Numbered from the stretch's first letter, positions 47,458 to 56,502 are shown. The stretch: 64,000 nt of DNA from an uncultured virus (IMG/VR IMGVR_UViG_3300027751_000010) (IMGVR_UViG_3300027751_000010); one strand, 5' to 3'. Notes: a model not told the origin generated them from the sequence alone. Program-made: numbers and translations.

Positions 47458-48213
47458 CTACCTATAGCCGAAAATCCTACGACCGTAGTAGTATCCATTT
47501 CCAAACACTCCATGTCCATAGGAGCTCTCACAAAGGACAGTATTATTAGAAGTGAGTCGGTGGAAAATTTGCGGATTGCGATCCACTAACTGCAATTCTT
47601 CTTGTTGAACTTCCTTGTCTGCAACGCGCATGATAGTGATTTCCACTCGACGGTTTCTCTGCCGTCCTTCTGGATCATCTCTACCATCGGGCCATTCGTT
47701 TTGTGCAATGGGGTAGTCTTCGCCACCTGTTCCCGTTACAATATCCTCACTTGGGAATCCAAGATAAGACAAAACGTTTGCTACTGCTGATGCCCTGCGT
47801 AGACCTAAAGCATAGTTATATTCTTCTGTGCCCTTAGCGTCTGTGTGTCCAATAACCTCAATTTCAGTTACACCAAACTCCATCAACTTTGCGTACACAG
47901 TCTCAGCCAAAAGGGACTCGCCCTCAGGCAGAACTACATCTTTATCAAAGTCAAACAAGATAGTGGCTGGAATTTCAATTACGTCACCTGGGACTAGCAT
48001 AGTAATAGTCGTTAGTGCTAATCCCCTAGTCATTGAGACAGGATTGATAACACAGTCATTACCTGGAAGTCCCATCGGTACACCATAGTGCGCTCCTGCA
48101 CCTTGTGCACCGTAACCTGGTTTCATTTCCACGGGCTGGTCGGGGAACAAAGCCCCCGCCATACCGATCGAAGGGAGAACCAACACCAATAGTGCTATTA
48201 GTATTGTTTTCAT
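47458..48213 (-). CDS. OmpA-family peptidoglycan-binding protein
   Basis: signal peptide; ILFDFDK, GHTDAKG...YN..LG.RRA..V, NRRVEI. Confidence 0.92.
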   Translation of the reverse strand: MKTILIALLVLVLPSIGMAGALFPDQPVEMKPGYGAQGAGAHYGVPMGLPGNDCVINPVSMTRGLALTTITMLVPGDVIEIPATILFDFDKDVVLPEGESLLAETVYAKLMEFGVTEIEVIGHTDAKGTEEYNYALGLRRASAVANVLSYLGFPSEDIVTGTGGEDYPIAQNEWPDGRDDPEGRQRNRRVEITIMRVADKEVQQEELQLVDRNPQIFHRLTSNNTVLCESSYGHGVFGNGYYYGRRIFGYR

Positions 48214-48223
48214 ATCGTCCCCC

Positions 48224-49423
48224 TTATAGTGCGCCAAGTGTAATTATGTGCCTAACGTAACCCATGCCACCTTTCCACTTTGCGTGGCGTGCAGCCGCTT
48301 CAACCCACTTTTCAGCCTCTTCCATTTTGCCCATTGCCATATAAGCATCAGCCATCATGAGAGCCTGGCAAACATCGTTTGTAACAGACACGGACAGACC
48401 GAAGTCACGTCCCTGACCTGCTGCACCACTATTGCAAAGTCCAGAGAAGGACGGTGCAACACCATTAACGGGCATTTCAGTAGCTTCGTTAATAGTACGT
48501 GCGTCAACGTTAATGTCAGTGGTATCACCTTCAACGACCTGAGAAGAACCTTCAACGACCTGTGAAGTGCCACCAGTTGTTCCTTCAGGGAAATTGTTGT
48601 TGACCACTACACTGTTATTCAACTCATTGTTAGCAGAGCTATCACCTGAGGTTGCAGTTGCATCAGCGTTTGAGTTCAACGTTCCAGATCCACCCTCGCA
48701 TCCACCCTCTGAACACTCGCCCTGATAACCACCACCAATGACAAGCGTGTTGCCTGCATTGTAGGAGTTGTCAGTGTTGTCTACTGTAGTAGTCTGGTCA
48801 CCGTTTGTGGCGGTTACGTCACCAACGTTAGATGAAAGGATACCAGAACCGCCTTCGCTGCCCTGACCTTCGCTATAACCAGTACCAATGTTGATGGAGG
48901 CATTACCGCCTGCTCCACCCTCAGAGAATGACGAAGATGTGTTTGTGTTGCTTGTGTCACCAACGGTTGCTGTCGGGGAGAAAGAGTTTATATCACCTCC
49001 AGGTGCACTTTCGCCTTCACCATAGCCACTTGTGTTGATTCCACCAACGCTCACATTTACGTCACCTACGCTACCACCAGTAGCAGTATTAGTATTATCT
49101 GAATTACCAGACCCAAACACACCAGCACCAGATACCGACGTTGCATCGCCACCTGTTGCTACCTGACCCTGAATCTGGCCCTGTAACTGACCTTGTGCTT
49201 GGCCTTGTTCCTGGCCTTGCTGGTTAGTGTTGGTATTACTATTGTTGTTGGTATTAGTATACGATCCGCCAGTTGAATCGCCACCGCCGCCATTATCATC
49301 ATCACCTGGGTGACAACCTTGTGCTGGAGGATCTTCTGCCCCATTCCCACCACCACAATCTGCCAGAGCAGGCATCGAAAATGCAAGCATCATGCTTACA
49401 AAAATTGCCATTACATATTTCAC
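48224..49423 (-). CDS. secreted Gly/Ser/Asn/Thr-rich repeat protein
   Basis: signal peptide (..PALA|D), low-complexity beta-repeat body, Cys-containing C-domain; GTG start with AAGGAG. Confidence 0.75.
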   Translation of the reverse strand: MKYVMAIFVSMMLAFSMPALADCGGGNGAEDPPAQGCHPGDDDNGGGGDSTGGSYTNTNNNSNTNTNQQGQEQGQAQGQLQGQIQGQVATGGDATSVSGAGVFGSGNSDNTNTATGGSVGDVNVSVGGINTSGYGEGESAPGGDINSFSPTATVGDTSNTNTSSSFSEGGAGGNASINIGTGYSEGQGSEGGSGILSSNVGDVTATNGDQTTTVDNTDNSYNAGNTLVIGGGYQGECSEGGCEGGSGTLNSNADATATSGDSSANNELNNSVVVNNNFPEGTTGGTSQVVEGSSQVVEGDTTDINVDARTINEATEMPVNGVAPSFSGLCNSGAAGQGRDFGLSVSVTNDVCQALMMADAYMAMGKMEEAEKWVEAAARHAKWKGGMGYVRHIITLGAL

Positions 49424-49534
49424 TATTATCTCCTTAAAATAAAAACGCACAAGATTACCTAACCTTGCACCGGACGACCGAGTTCAGAATCTTATCTTAA
49501 AGATTACTGCCGATTACCTAAAGATGTTTTGCAT

Positions 49535-49567
49535 AAAAAATGCATAATACCTTTCGATATTATGCAT
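49535..49567 (-). terminator. intrinsic terminator overlapping the next promoter
   Basis: tgcataata-cctttcga-tattatgca with U tract on minus strand. Confidence 0.6.
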
Positions 49568-49594
49568 TGTAGCACAAGCTTGTTAGGTTGTCAA
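49566..49594 (-). promoter_or_regulatory. sigma70-like promoter TTGACA-N17-TACAAT
   Basis: consensus. Confidence 0.7.
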
Positions 49595-49602
49595 GTCAAA
49601 GA

Positions 49603-49878
49603 TTAATATAATCTCTTTCCAAACACCTTAGCATTTGATTCTTCTAGCTGTTTCCTTGCTCTCTTCTTAGCAATTGCTTTTGTGCGCTTACGTACCATAG
49701 ATGGTTTCTCGTAAAATTCTCTATCTTTCAGCTCACGTAGTAGTCCAGAGTCTTGTACTTTCTTATTAAAAATACGCAACGCCTTGTCAAACTTTCCGTC
49801 TTCTACCATTACTCTTAGCCCTTCAAGTTTCGGTGTTTCGATTCTCTTTGGAGCAAATCTTGTCTTTTTATTAATCAT
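49603..49878 (-). CDS. rpsU: ribosomal protein bS21
   Basis: FDKALRIFNKKV...G.LREL..REFYEKPS..RKR. Confidence 0.92.
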   Translation of the reverse strand: MINKKTRFAPKRIETPKLEGLRVMVEDGKFDKALRIFNKKVQDSGLLRELKDREFYEKPSMVRKRTKAIAKKRARKQLEESNAKVFGKRLY

Positions 49879-51071
49879 TCGTCATTCACCTTTCGTTTAA
49901 CGTAGTGTAGTGTTGGTATCCCCGCCTCATTCATTATAACTTTGGTCACGCCTTTCTTATATAATGAAGGAAGTTGAAATTGTGTTTTAGATAACGCTTT
50001 CTCTAATACTCCTTGTAGTCCCCTTGCGCCTGTCTTTTCTTTCATTGCCTTTGTTGCAACTGACCGCAAGTAAATAGGACTAAATTCTAATTCAATGTTA
50101 TCTAATTGAAATAAACTCTTATACTGATCTGCAATACAATCCTGCGGTTCAACTAGAATTCTCGTCAACATATTTTCATCTAATTCGTGTAACGCAATAA
50201 TAACTGGGAAGCGTCCTACGAATTCAGGAATCATTCCAAACTTAATTAAATCTTCTGATCCTGTATCTAATAATAGCATATCTGTATGTGGTTTGTCAAC
50301 TGTTGCGTTAAATCCGATTGTAGAATACTCTCTTCTGTGCTCTTTAATAATATCTTCTAGACCAACAAATGCACCAGCTGCAATAAACAAAACGTTTGTC
50401 GTGTCAAAACTTCCACCGTGTTTTGGTAGGTCAATGGTCGTGCCTTCAATCAGTTTCAACAAAGCCTGCTGTACGCCCTCACCTGACACATCTCTTGACA
50501 CTGTGCTGCCTTCAGTTTTGCGGCTCTTCTTATCTATTTCATCAAGATAAATTATGCCGTTTTGCGCTGCCTCAATGTCACCGTTTGCTTTGCTTATCAA
50601 ACGTTCAATCAAGTGCTCTACATCTTCGCCAACGTATCCCGCTTCCGTCAAAGATGTTGCGTCAGCATGTACAAACGGAATGTCAAGCAAGCTCGCAACT
50701 GTGCTAACAAGAAGAGTCTTGCCCGTTCCGCTGGGCCCAATCAATAAAGCGTTTGATTTCTTTAGTGTCGTGGTACCCACAGTAGGGTGTTTGATACGCT
50801 TAAAATGGTTGTATATGGTCACAGACAGTGCTTCTTTGGCTGTATGCTGTTCAACAATATACTTGTCGAGGTGAGCTTTAATCTCTTCTGGCGAAGGATT
50901 CTTTAGCGGCTTGAGTTCGGCTTTAGTCTTATGTATAGCGTTGTATCCTACTTCTATACATTCATCACAAATATAAGATGTCTCTTTATCTAATAATTCG
51001 GGACCGGAAACAATCTTCTTTACTTCGTGGATCGTCTTTGTGCAGAAACTACAGGCTATCTTGTCTTTCAT
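49875..51071 (-). CDS. clpX: ATP-dependent Clp protease ATPase ClpX
   Basis: CSFC...C.EC zinc finger, GPSGTGKT, LTEAGYVGEDV, RDVSGEGVQQ, IGF loop, TGARGL. Confidence 0.97.
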   Translation of the reverse strand: MKDKIACSFCTKTIHEVKKIVSGPELLDKETSYICDECIEVGYNAIHKTKAELKPLKNPSPEEIKAHLDKYIVEQHTAKEALSVTIYNHFKRIKHPTVGTTTLKKSNALLIGPSGTGKTLLVSTVASLLDIPFVHADATSLTEAGYVGEDVEHLIERLISKANGDIEAAQNGIIYLDEIDKKSRKTEGSTVSRDVSGEGVQQALLKLIEGTTIDLPKHGGSFDTTNVLFIAAGAFVGLEDIIKEHRREYSTIGFNATVDKPHTDMLLLDTGSEDLIKFGMIPEFVGRFPVIIALHELDENMLTRILVEPQDCIADQYKSLFQLDNIELEFSPIYLRSVATKAMKEKTGARGLQGVLEKALSKTQFQLPSLYKKGVTKVIMNEAGIPTLHYVKRKVNDE

Positions 51072-52069
51072 CTACGACCCTCTTTTTTTAATAGGTGATT
51101 ATAAATGCCGTGATTGGCAACTGGCTTCGGTTTCTCAGGTTGTTCAACAACAGGCTCTTCTACCTTTTCACTTACAGGCTCAGGGGGTGTTGCCTTCTTA
51201 GGTTCCTCGGGCTTCGCTGCCACAAACGTAGATGTAGCATTTGGTTTTAGTTTTTTAGGTTGGGGCTTTGGTTCGGGTTTGGGATCAGGATCATCTGGAT
51301 CGTCATCTTCCCGTATAGCATGTTTAGGATCGTATACCATTAGCGTGTGGTTAGCTGCCATGAGCAATAAAATAGCCATAGGATCAAACACAAAGACAAA
51401 CGCAATAATTACCCAGCGAACTGCCTTCTCCATGTTGCTTTGTGGATCATCATAAACCAACGCAGCAAGGTATTTTACGGGGCCAACCTCAACTTCCAAG
51501 TTACGCAGTTCCGTGCCAAGAACCATCTTCTCATCTTCATACTCACTGATCTTATCCTGCGCTTCGTTTATTGTCCGTGCCAACATATCGCGTTGCTCTT
51601 GTTGACCATCGCGTACCGCCCTAGCTCCATCTGGACCGCTGACCTTATCGTATTCAAGCAACGTCTTGACCGTAGTATCTAGCTGTTCGGTGACCGTTTC
51701 CGAATCTGTGATGCGCGCCTGCTCTCTTGCAATGCGCTGATCCAGTCGTTCTATCTTTGCCGTGTTGTTGCCCACGGGCGCCGCCTGCTCCACATGCGCT
51801 TTTGAGAGCAGCCCAAAGATACCCATGCTTGTTAGCAGCATGGCAACGATGACCACTGGGAGCAGCATATATTTTATCTTTGTTTTGTGATGCCAGTTTC
51901 TGTACAACCAGCTTACACCCACGACCTTGCTTGCCTCCACCACTACGCCCATTGCTAAGGCGTACATTGGGAGTCCAGCAAAAATCGACATGATTCCGAC
52001 AATCGCGAACCAGGCGGCAGCGGTGGCATTTGCCAAGGCTGTAAGTAGAACTAAGTATCCGAAGAACAT
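51068..52069 (-). CDS. membrane protein with coiled coil and Pro/Lys/Glu-rich tail
   Basis: TSMGIFGLLSKAH, EVEVGPVKY, FVFDP.A motifs. Confidence 0.8.
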   Translation of the reverse strand: MFFGYLVLLTALANATAAAWFAIVGIMSIFAGLPMYALAMGVVVEASKVVGVSWLYRNWHHKTKIKYMLLPVVIVAMLLTSMGIFGLLSKAHVEQAAPVGNNTAKIERLDQRIAREQARITDSETVTEQLDTTVKTLLEYDKVSGPDGARAVRDGQQEQRDMLARTINEAQDKISEYEDEKMVLGTELRNLEVEVGPVKYLAALVYDDPQSNMEKAVRWVIIAFVFVFDPMAILLLMAANHTLMVYDPKHAIREDDDPDDPDPKPEPKPQPKKLKPNATSTFVAAKPEEPKKATPPEPVSEKVEEPVVEQPEKPKPVANHGIYNHLLKKEGRR

Positions 52070-52074
52070 ATAAA

Positions 52075-52302
52075 CTATTTATCTTCTTCTGGAGGATTAA
52101 ACGTCCCTGCGAGTGTCTCGGCAAACTGTTGTTTTGGGTCAACAAAGGTGAATTTTAGCTCTTGTACGCCTGCAAGCACCTTTACTTCTGGTAGGAAATC
52201 CTGAATAATGTCTTGGATCTGTTGCAATGATTCCATACAATATTTGGAAGGAAGTGTGCCTGAGTCAGCCCACTGTACATACAAAAGTGGTCTCTTATCC
52301 AT
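52075..52302 (-). CDS. hypothetical protein
   Basis: coupled ORF. Confidence 0.6.
   Translation of the reverse strand: MDKRPLLYVQWADSGTLPSKYCMESLQQIQDIIQDFLPEVKVLAGVQELKFTFVDPKQQFAETLAGTFNPPEEDK
52076..52083 (-). promoter_or_regulatory. T4-late-like promoter GATAAATA
   Basis: GATAAATA-GTTTAT-ATG. Confidence 0.65.
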
Positions 52303-52580
52303 TATCTGGCTCCGCTGTGCTTGGTGCGTTCTCGTAAGGCTTCAAGCATATCGTGCATGGGTTGGTCACTTTTACTTGCATGTCTCGGTGTAACACCTTG
52401 TACGGACACCGGTTGTTCCGGCTGGCGCTGTGGTTCATAAAATTGCAAATCAGCGCCAGCCGGAAGCTCGACTACCAAATAACCATCCTTAGCTAATGCC
52501 TTGTTGGCTTTTTCCATGGCTGTCTTTTCCTCGAAGTTGAGAGTAGACGGGAATGTTAGGATGGCAATGGGTTTAGGCAT
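52302..52580 (-). CDS. hypothetical; paralog of 52573..52734
   Basis: KPIAILTFP...A.K.L...GY.VV. Confidence 0.6.
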   Translation of the reverse strand: MPKPIAILTFPSTLNFEEKTAMEKANKALAKDGYLVVELPAGADLQFYEPQRQPEQPVSVQGVTPRHASKSDQPMHDMLEALRERTKHSGAR

Positions 52581-52734
52581 AGCTAGGTAACACCTCAATA
52601 TACATTTCATCATAAATTATGACTACTGCATATCCATTCTCTTCAAGAATCTTTTTTGCATCCTCAATAATAGTCTTATCAGATGACTTTGGTGTCCGTA
52701 GTATTGCTACTGGTTTATTCTGACTCATTTTCAT
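52573..52734 (-). CDS. hypothetical (53 aa)
   Basis: hand-translated MKMSQNKPVAILRTP...AKKILEENGYAVVI; RBS AAGGAG. Confidence 0.6.
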   Translation of the reverse strand: MKMSQNKPVAILRTPKSSDKTIIEDAKKILEENGYAVVIIYDEMYIEVLPSYA

Positions 52735-53116
52735 TTTCTCCTTGGTTGGTTTTGTTAATTATTTGCTTGACGTTTTCATCGAGCTGTTTTAGATAGGTAT
52801 CCATAGCTTCTGTGGTATAGAAATTTACACCCCAAGAATGACCGCCTATTAATGTGATTGCTAATTTTCCAATAGCATGAGTATCTCTCCAACTTTCGCT
52901 ACTCTCTTTATCTTCATTAAATACCGGTTCAGTTGTTGGCTGACTATCTTTTTTCTTGAACCAACGCCTTGTGGTAACAATTGGAATTTTCGTGGTGTGT
53001 TTGTTTTCCCAGGCATCTTGCTTGGCTTTTATTTGTTCGTCAGTATAGATGGTGAGATGGATAGCTTCTATACGATCTGTGTTAAGATAAAAATCATGAT
53101 TGAATTTAATAAGCAT
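52715..53116 (-). CDS. hypothetical protein
   Basis: MLIKF...YLN.D.I.AI. Confidence 0.65.
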   Translation of the reverse strand: MLIKFNHDFYLNTDRIEAIHLTIYTDEQIKAKQDAWENKHTTKIPIVTTRRWFKKKDSQPTTEPVFNEDKESSESWRDTHAIGKLAITLIGGHSWGVNFYTTEAMDTYLKQLDENVKQIINKTNQGENENESE

Positions 53117-53131
53117 TTTTATTCACCTTTG

Positions 53132-53698
53132 TTATCCACTATACCTACTGCACGATTTGGGTGTTTCCCACCACTCGACTTCTGCAACTTTAACACCAAG
53201 CTTTGCCATCTTTGGCGTAGCTAGGTCATATACCCATTTCGACAAACTTTCGGAAGTTGGAATGAAGTCTACGATAAAGAAGCTTTCGAGGTATTCCCAG
53301 TCTGGACTATTGGGATCCATGTGCGGACCCGAGTCAATAACATATCCTGCCACATAGTCTGTGCCTGGAACTTCTACGGGAACTAAACGTAGCCCGCTAT
53401 GTGAACGCACATTCTCTTCAACTAGTTTACGATATAGCGGATCGTTCTTGTCAATAATAAACTTGTGATCCACAGTCTCATCAAAGAACTTCTTTAACCA
53501 GCTAAGGTGTAGAAAGTCTGTAACCATACCCTGTGCATCTAGTTCATCACCTTCAAGATGCACATGCACCTCCGCTTCATGTCCGTGCAAGTGCCTACAA
53601 ACACACTTACGATCAAGTGCAAATTCCTTTTCGAGTTTCTGCACCCAAACTCTATGTCCATAAGCGAAGTTAAACTGTTTGCTAATCTTCCACGACAT
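53132..53698 (-). CDS. queD: 6-carboxytetrahydropterin synthase (QueD/PTPS)
   Basis: F.YGHR, CRHLHGH, GMVTDF, DHKF, PTSE, ETP.S. Confidence 0.92.
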   Translation of the reverse strand: MSWKISKQFNFAYGHRVWVQKLEKEFALDRKCVCRHLHGHEAEVHVHLEGDELDAQGMVTDFLHLSWLKKFFDETVDHKFIIDKNDPLYRKLVEENVRSHSGLRLVPVEVPGTDYVAGYVIDSGPHMDPNSPDWEYLESFFIVDFIPTSESLSKWVYDLATPKMAKLGVKVAEVEWWETPKSCSRYSG

Positions 53699-53700
53699 TC

Positions 53701-53886
53701 CTAATCTCCTTTTTTACTATCTAAATATTGTGTTAAATCTTCCCAGTCGATTTCCTCGACCTTTTTAGATTCGATTGCGCGAATCTCTGCCTCAATTCTT
53801 CGTTCGTCCGCTCGACACACGGGACAACCCTGCGCACAAAAACCCGTGTCAGTAACCCAGTGTCCTAAGTATTCGGCCGTAACCAT
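53701..53886 (-). CDS. hypothetical protein
   Basis: H...C...CPVC. Confidence 0.55.
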   Translation of the reverse strand: MVTAEYLGHWVTDTGFCAQGCPVCRADERRIEAEIRAIESKKVEEIDWEDLTQYLDSKKGD

Positions 53887-54185
53887 TATTTTGCCTTATC
53901 ACCTGCTGTGTACTGTGTGCTACCTGTGCCCCACGTCCTTGGCCTATTAACTTCTGGACCGTGTGTGCCAGTGTGCCAAACATCCTCAGGAATTACTTCT
54001 TTGCTAAAGTCTATATGACCTGCGGCAATTTCTCTCAACGCAATCACTGTGGATTTGTCATCGTTGACCGGTACTTTCGGTTCTGCACCCTTCTCTAATT
54101 GGTACGCCCGTTTTGCTGCGATACGAATTAACTCGTATACATTATCGCATTGTGCAAGTGAATCTTCGATTGTTACTCTAGCCAT
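53886..54185 (-). CDS. rpoZ: RNA polymerase omega subunit
   Basis: MARVTIED...N.YEL..IAAKRA.QL..GAEP.V...DK.TVIALREIAAG. Confidence 0.93.
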   Translation of the reverse strand: MARVTIEDSLAQCDNVYELIRIAAKRAYQLEKGAEPKVPVNDDKSTVIALREIAAGHIDFSKEVIPEDVWHTGTHGPEVNRPRTWGTGSTQYTAGDKAK

Positions 54186-54868
54186 TATGCTTTCCTCGCA
54201 AGTGCTAGGAACTCTGTCCTAGTCGCTACATCATTTTTAAACGCACCACCCATCTTACTTGTAACAGTGCTTGAACCTGTGTCTTCGATTCCTCTACTCT
54301 TTACGCAATAATGATCTGCATCAATGACCACTGCCACATCCTCAGTCTCTAAAATGTGGGACAACGCATGATAAATCTGTGCAGTTAGTCTTTCTTGTAC
54401 TTGAGGTCTACGTGAGAAATAATCCACTACACGATTCAGCTTGGATAGACCGATCACCTTTTCACCTGGGATATAGCCTACAGTTGCTTTGCCTACAATG
54501 CCTACAAAATGATGTTCGCAACACGACATGACATTAATGTTCTTCTCAACTAACATCTCATCGTATTGGAACTTGTTGTCCACTACCGTGATCTTAGGAA
54601 AATTTGCGGGATTCAATCCGTAAAATGTTTCCTGCATATACATTTTTGCTACGCGCCCTGGTGTGTCATGTAAACTGTCGTCACTTAAATCGAGATTTAA
54701 GACATTCATAATCTCACGGAAGTTTATTGCGATTCTCTCAATCTTCTCGTTCTGCTCTAAACTATCATATGCTGATTGTTCTGAGGGAGTTGATACGCCT
54801 GCGCGTTTTAATACTTCCTCTATCTCTGCGCCTAGCACAGGATCAGTTTTACTCTTTGTATACGCCAT
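54185..54868 (-). CDS. folE: GTP cyclohydrolase I
   Basis: DDSL.DTP.RVAKMY, SCCEHH, GLSKLNR, RRPQVQERL, H.CV.SRG. Confidence 0.97.
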   Translation of the reverse strand: MAYTKSKTDPVLGAEIEEVLKRAGVSTPSEQSAYDSLEQNEKIERIAINFREIMNVLNLDLSDDSLHDTPGRVAKMYMQETFYGLNPANFPKITVVDNKFQYDEMLVEKNINVMSCCEHHFVGIVGKATVGYIPGEKVIGLSKLNRVVDYFSRRPQVQERLTAQIYHALSHILETEDVAVVIDADHYCVKSRGIEDTGSSTVTSKMGGAFKNDVATRTEFLALARKA

Positions 54869-55176
54869 TATTCCTTTTCTCCATCTTGTAATTCTTTTAT
54901 TGCCTCACGCATCTCACGCATTGCTGTAAATAGTTTTGTCTGTTCCTGCTCTATCTTTGCAGTCTTTTCAATCAACTGCCTAATAGGCCCAGGTGTTTCT
55001 AAATGACCTTTTAAGCTACGCAAAAACCTATGTTTTGCAAAAAGCTTTTTCAAATCTTCATCTTGATCTATATTCAAGATCAAATTATCTAACACATCAA
55101 TAATGTCGTCATCTAAGTCATACCCAACTTGGTAAGGACGCATAAGATTAATTTTCATTTCGTTTATATCAGCCAT
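54868..55176 (-). CDS. hypothetical; paralog of 55176..55529
   Basis: KHRFLRSLKG....PGPI plus coiled coil. Confidence 0.65.
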   Translation of the reverse strand: MADINEMKINLMRPYQVGYDLDDDIIDVLDNLILNIDQDEDLKKLFAKHRFLRSLKGHLETPGPIRQLIEKTAKIEQEQTKLFTAMREMREAIKELQDGEKE

Positions 55177-55529
55177 TATATTGATAATCCATATTTAGAC
55201 GCCGTAGGGCGCATTGTGTCTATAGCAGAAGTAATATTGCTATTATATGTTTGCTCTTGTATAGCCTTCAACAGATGAACCAAAGCTATTTCTGTTTCTT
55301 TTAACTGGTATAGCAACATATTATTTTCGTTACGTACAGCCATTATTTCTCGAGATAGTGTCTTTATGTCCATATGCATAACAGTAATAACTCCTGGCAT
55401 ATGATTATCACCTTCCAAGCGATCAAGGAACTTCTTCTTATCTATTAAGTTATCCAACAAACCTTCATCTAACATCTCACATAAGATGTCTAGTTTGTGT
55501 AACCTATCAAGTGGGTTTTCCGAGGTCAT
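55176..55529 (-). CDS. hypothetical protein
   Basis: KKKFLDRLEG....PGVI plus coiled coil. Confidence 0.65.
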   Translation of the reverse strand: MTSENPLDRLHKLDILCEMLDEGLLDNLIDKKKFLDRLEGDNHMPGVITVMHMDIKTLSREIMAVRNENNMLLYQLKETEIALVHLLKAIQEQTYNSNITSAIDTMRPTASKYGLSI

Positions 55530-55551
55530 ATATGTTTCTCCTGTGTCACAC

Positions 55552-55580
55552 AGTATAGCATATTTTTAACGGGGAGTCAA
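55552..55580 (-). promoter_or_regulatory. sigma70-like promoter TTGACT-N17-TATACT
   Basis: consensus. Confidence 0.75.
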
Positions 55581-55583
55581 GTA

Positions 55584-56474
55584 TTAAACAGCCATTTTAG
55601 GCTTGTCTTTTATATCCGGGTCAGCCACATAGTCAAGCAACTCTACATCTGTGTATTCTAACTTTAAAAGATCATCAAGTGTATTTAGGCTTTTGTGGAT
55701 TTTTAGGGTGGGTAATTGGTGTGGAATTCGTTGTAATTGTTCTTTGACCATGTCAACTTGGTTGAGATAAATGTGTACGTCGTTGCCAAAGTAAACAAGC
55801 TCGCCAGGTTCATAACTTAACAATTTACTAAGAGCAATGTTGAGGAACGCATAGCCCATTATGTTATAAGGTAGGCCAAAAGGAATGTCGTTACTACGCA
55901 TGAGGAACGACGAGTTTAGTTTTCCGTTTGGTGTAACTTGGTATTGGTGTAAGATGTGACATGGTGGTAAAGGTGTTTGGTGAACTTGCGCAGGATTCCA
56001 TGCTGTAACGATATGTCGTCTGTCAAAGGGATTCTTCTTTATACCCTCAACAAGATTACGAATTTGGTCTACACCTTTTTCTGCAGGCATTAGCGTTATC
56101 CCATCTTTATAATCAAACACCATGTCTTCACCGCCGAAGTTTCTCCATTGGTGACTATACCCATATCCCATATCACCTTCGGGGAGATGCTGCAATCCTT
56201 TAGCATCTAAAAATGCGCGGCTTGTGTTGCCTTTCCAGATGCCAATTTTCTTATCTTCTAGTTTCTTAGTATCGCGCTCACCGCGCAAGAAGAACATAGT
56301 CTCCTCAAACGCAATGCGGAAGGCAACCTTTCTTGTTGTTATAATGGGGAAACCGTCAGCGAGGTTCCAGCGCAATGATCGACCAAACACAGAGATACTG
56401 CCTATGCCTGTCCGATCTTCTTTTGTGAATCCGTTATCTAATACATCCTGGAGCAAGTCGAGATAATTTTGCAC
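55584..56474 (-). CDS. thyA: thymidylate synthase
   Basis: DRTG.G, YSHQWR, AWNP, LPPCH, RSND...GLPYN, DVHIY. Confidence 0.96.
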   Translation of the reverse strand: MQNYLDLLQDVLDNGFTKEDRTGIGSISVFGRSLRWNLADGFPIITTRKVAFRIAFEETMFFLRGERDTKKLEDKKIGIWKGNTSRAFLDAKGLQHLPEGDMGYGYSHQWRNFGGEDMVFDYKDGITLMPAEKGVDQIRNLVEGIKKNPFDRRHIVTAWNPAQVHQTPLPPCHILHQYQVTPNGKLNSSFLMRSNDIPFGLPYNIMGYAFLNIALSKLLSYEPGELVYFGNDVHIYLNQVDMVKEQLQRIPHQLPTLKIHKSLNTLDDLLKLEYTDVELLDYVADPDIKDKPKMAV

Positions 56475-56502
56475 GTAAGTCCTTAGTGTAGTTGTGTCGT
56501 AT

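Noticed and set aside
48526..48562. Direct repeat accttcaacgacctg
   Set aside because: Simply encodes the duplicated QVVEG peptide in a repeat protein.
38221..54868. Bacterial chromosome origin suggested by clpP/clpX/ftsH/rpsU/rpoZ
   Set aside because: No bacterial synteny (no tig-clpP-clpX-lon or gmk-rpoZ-spoT); the genes are interspersed with phage genes and T4-late-like promoters.
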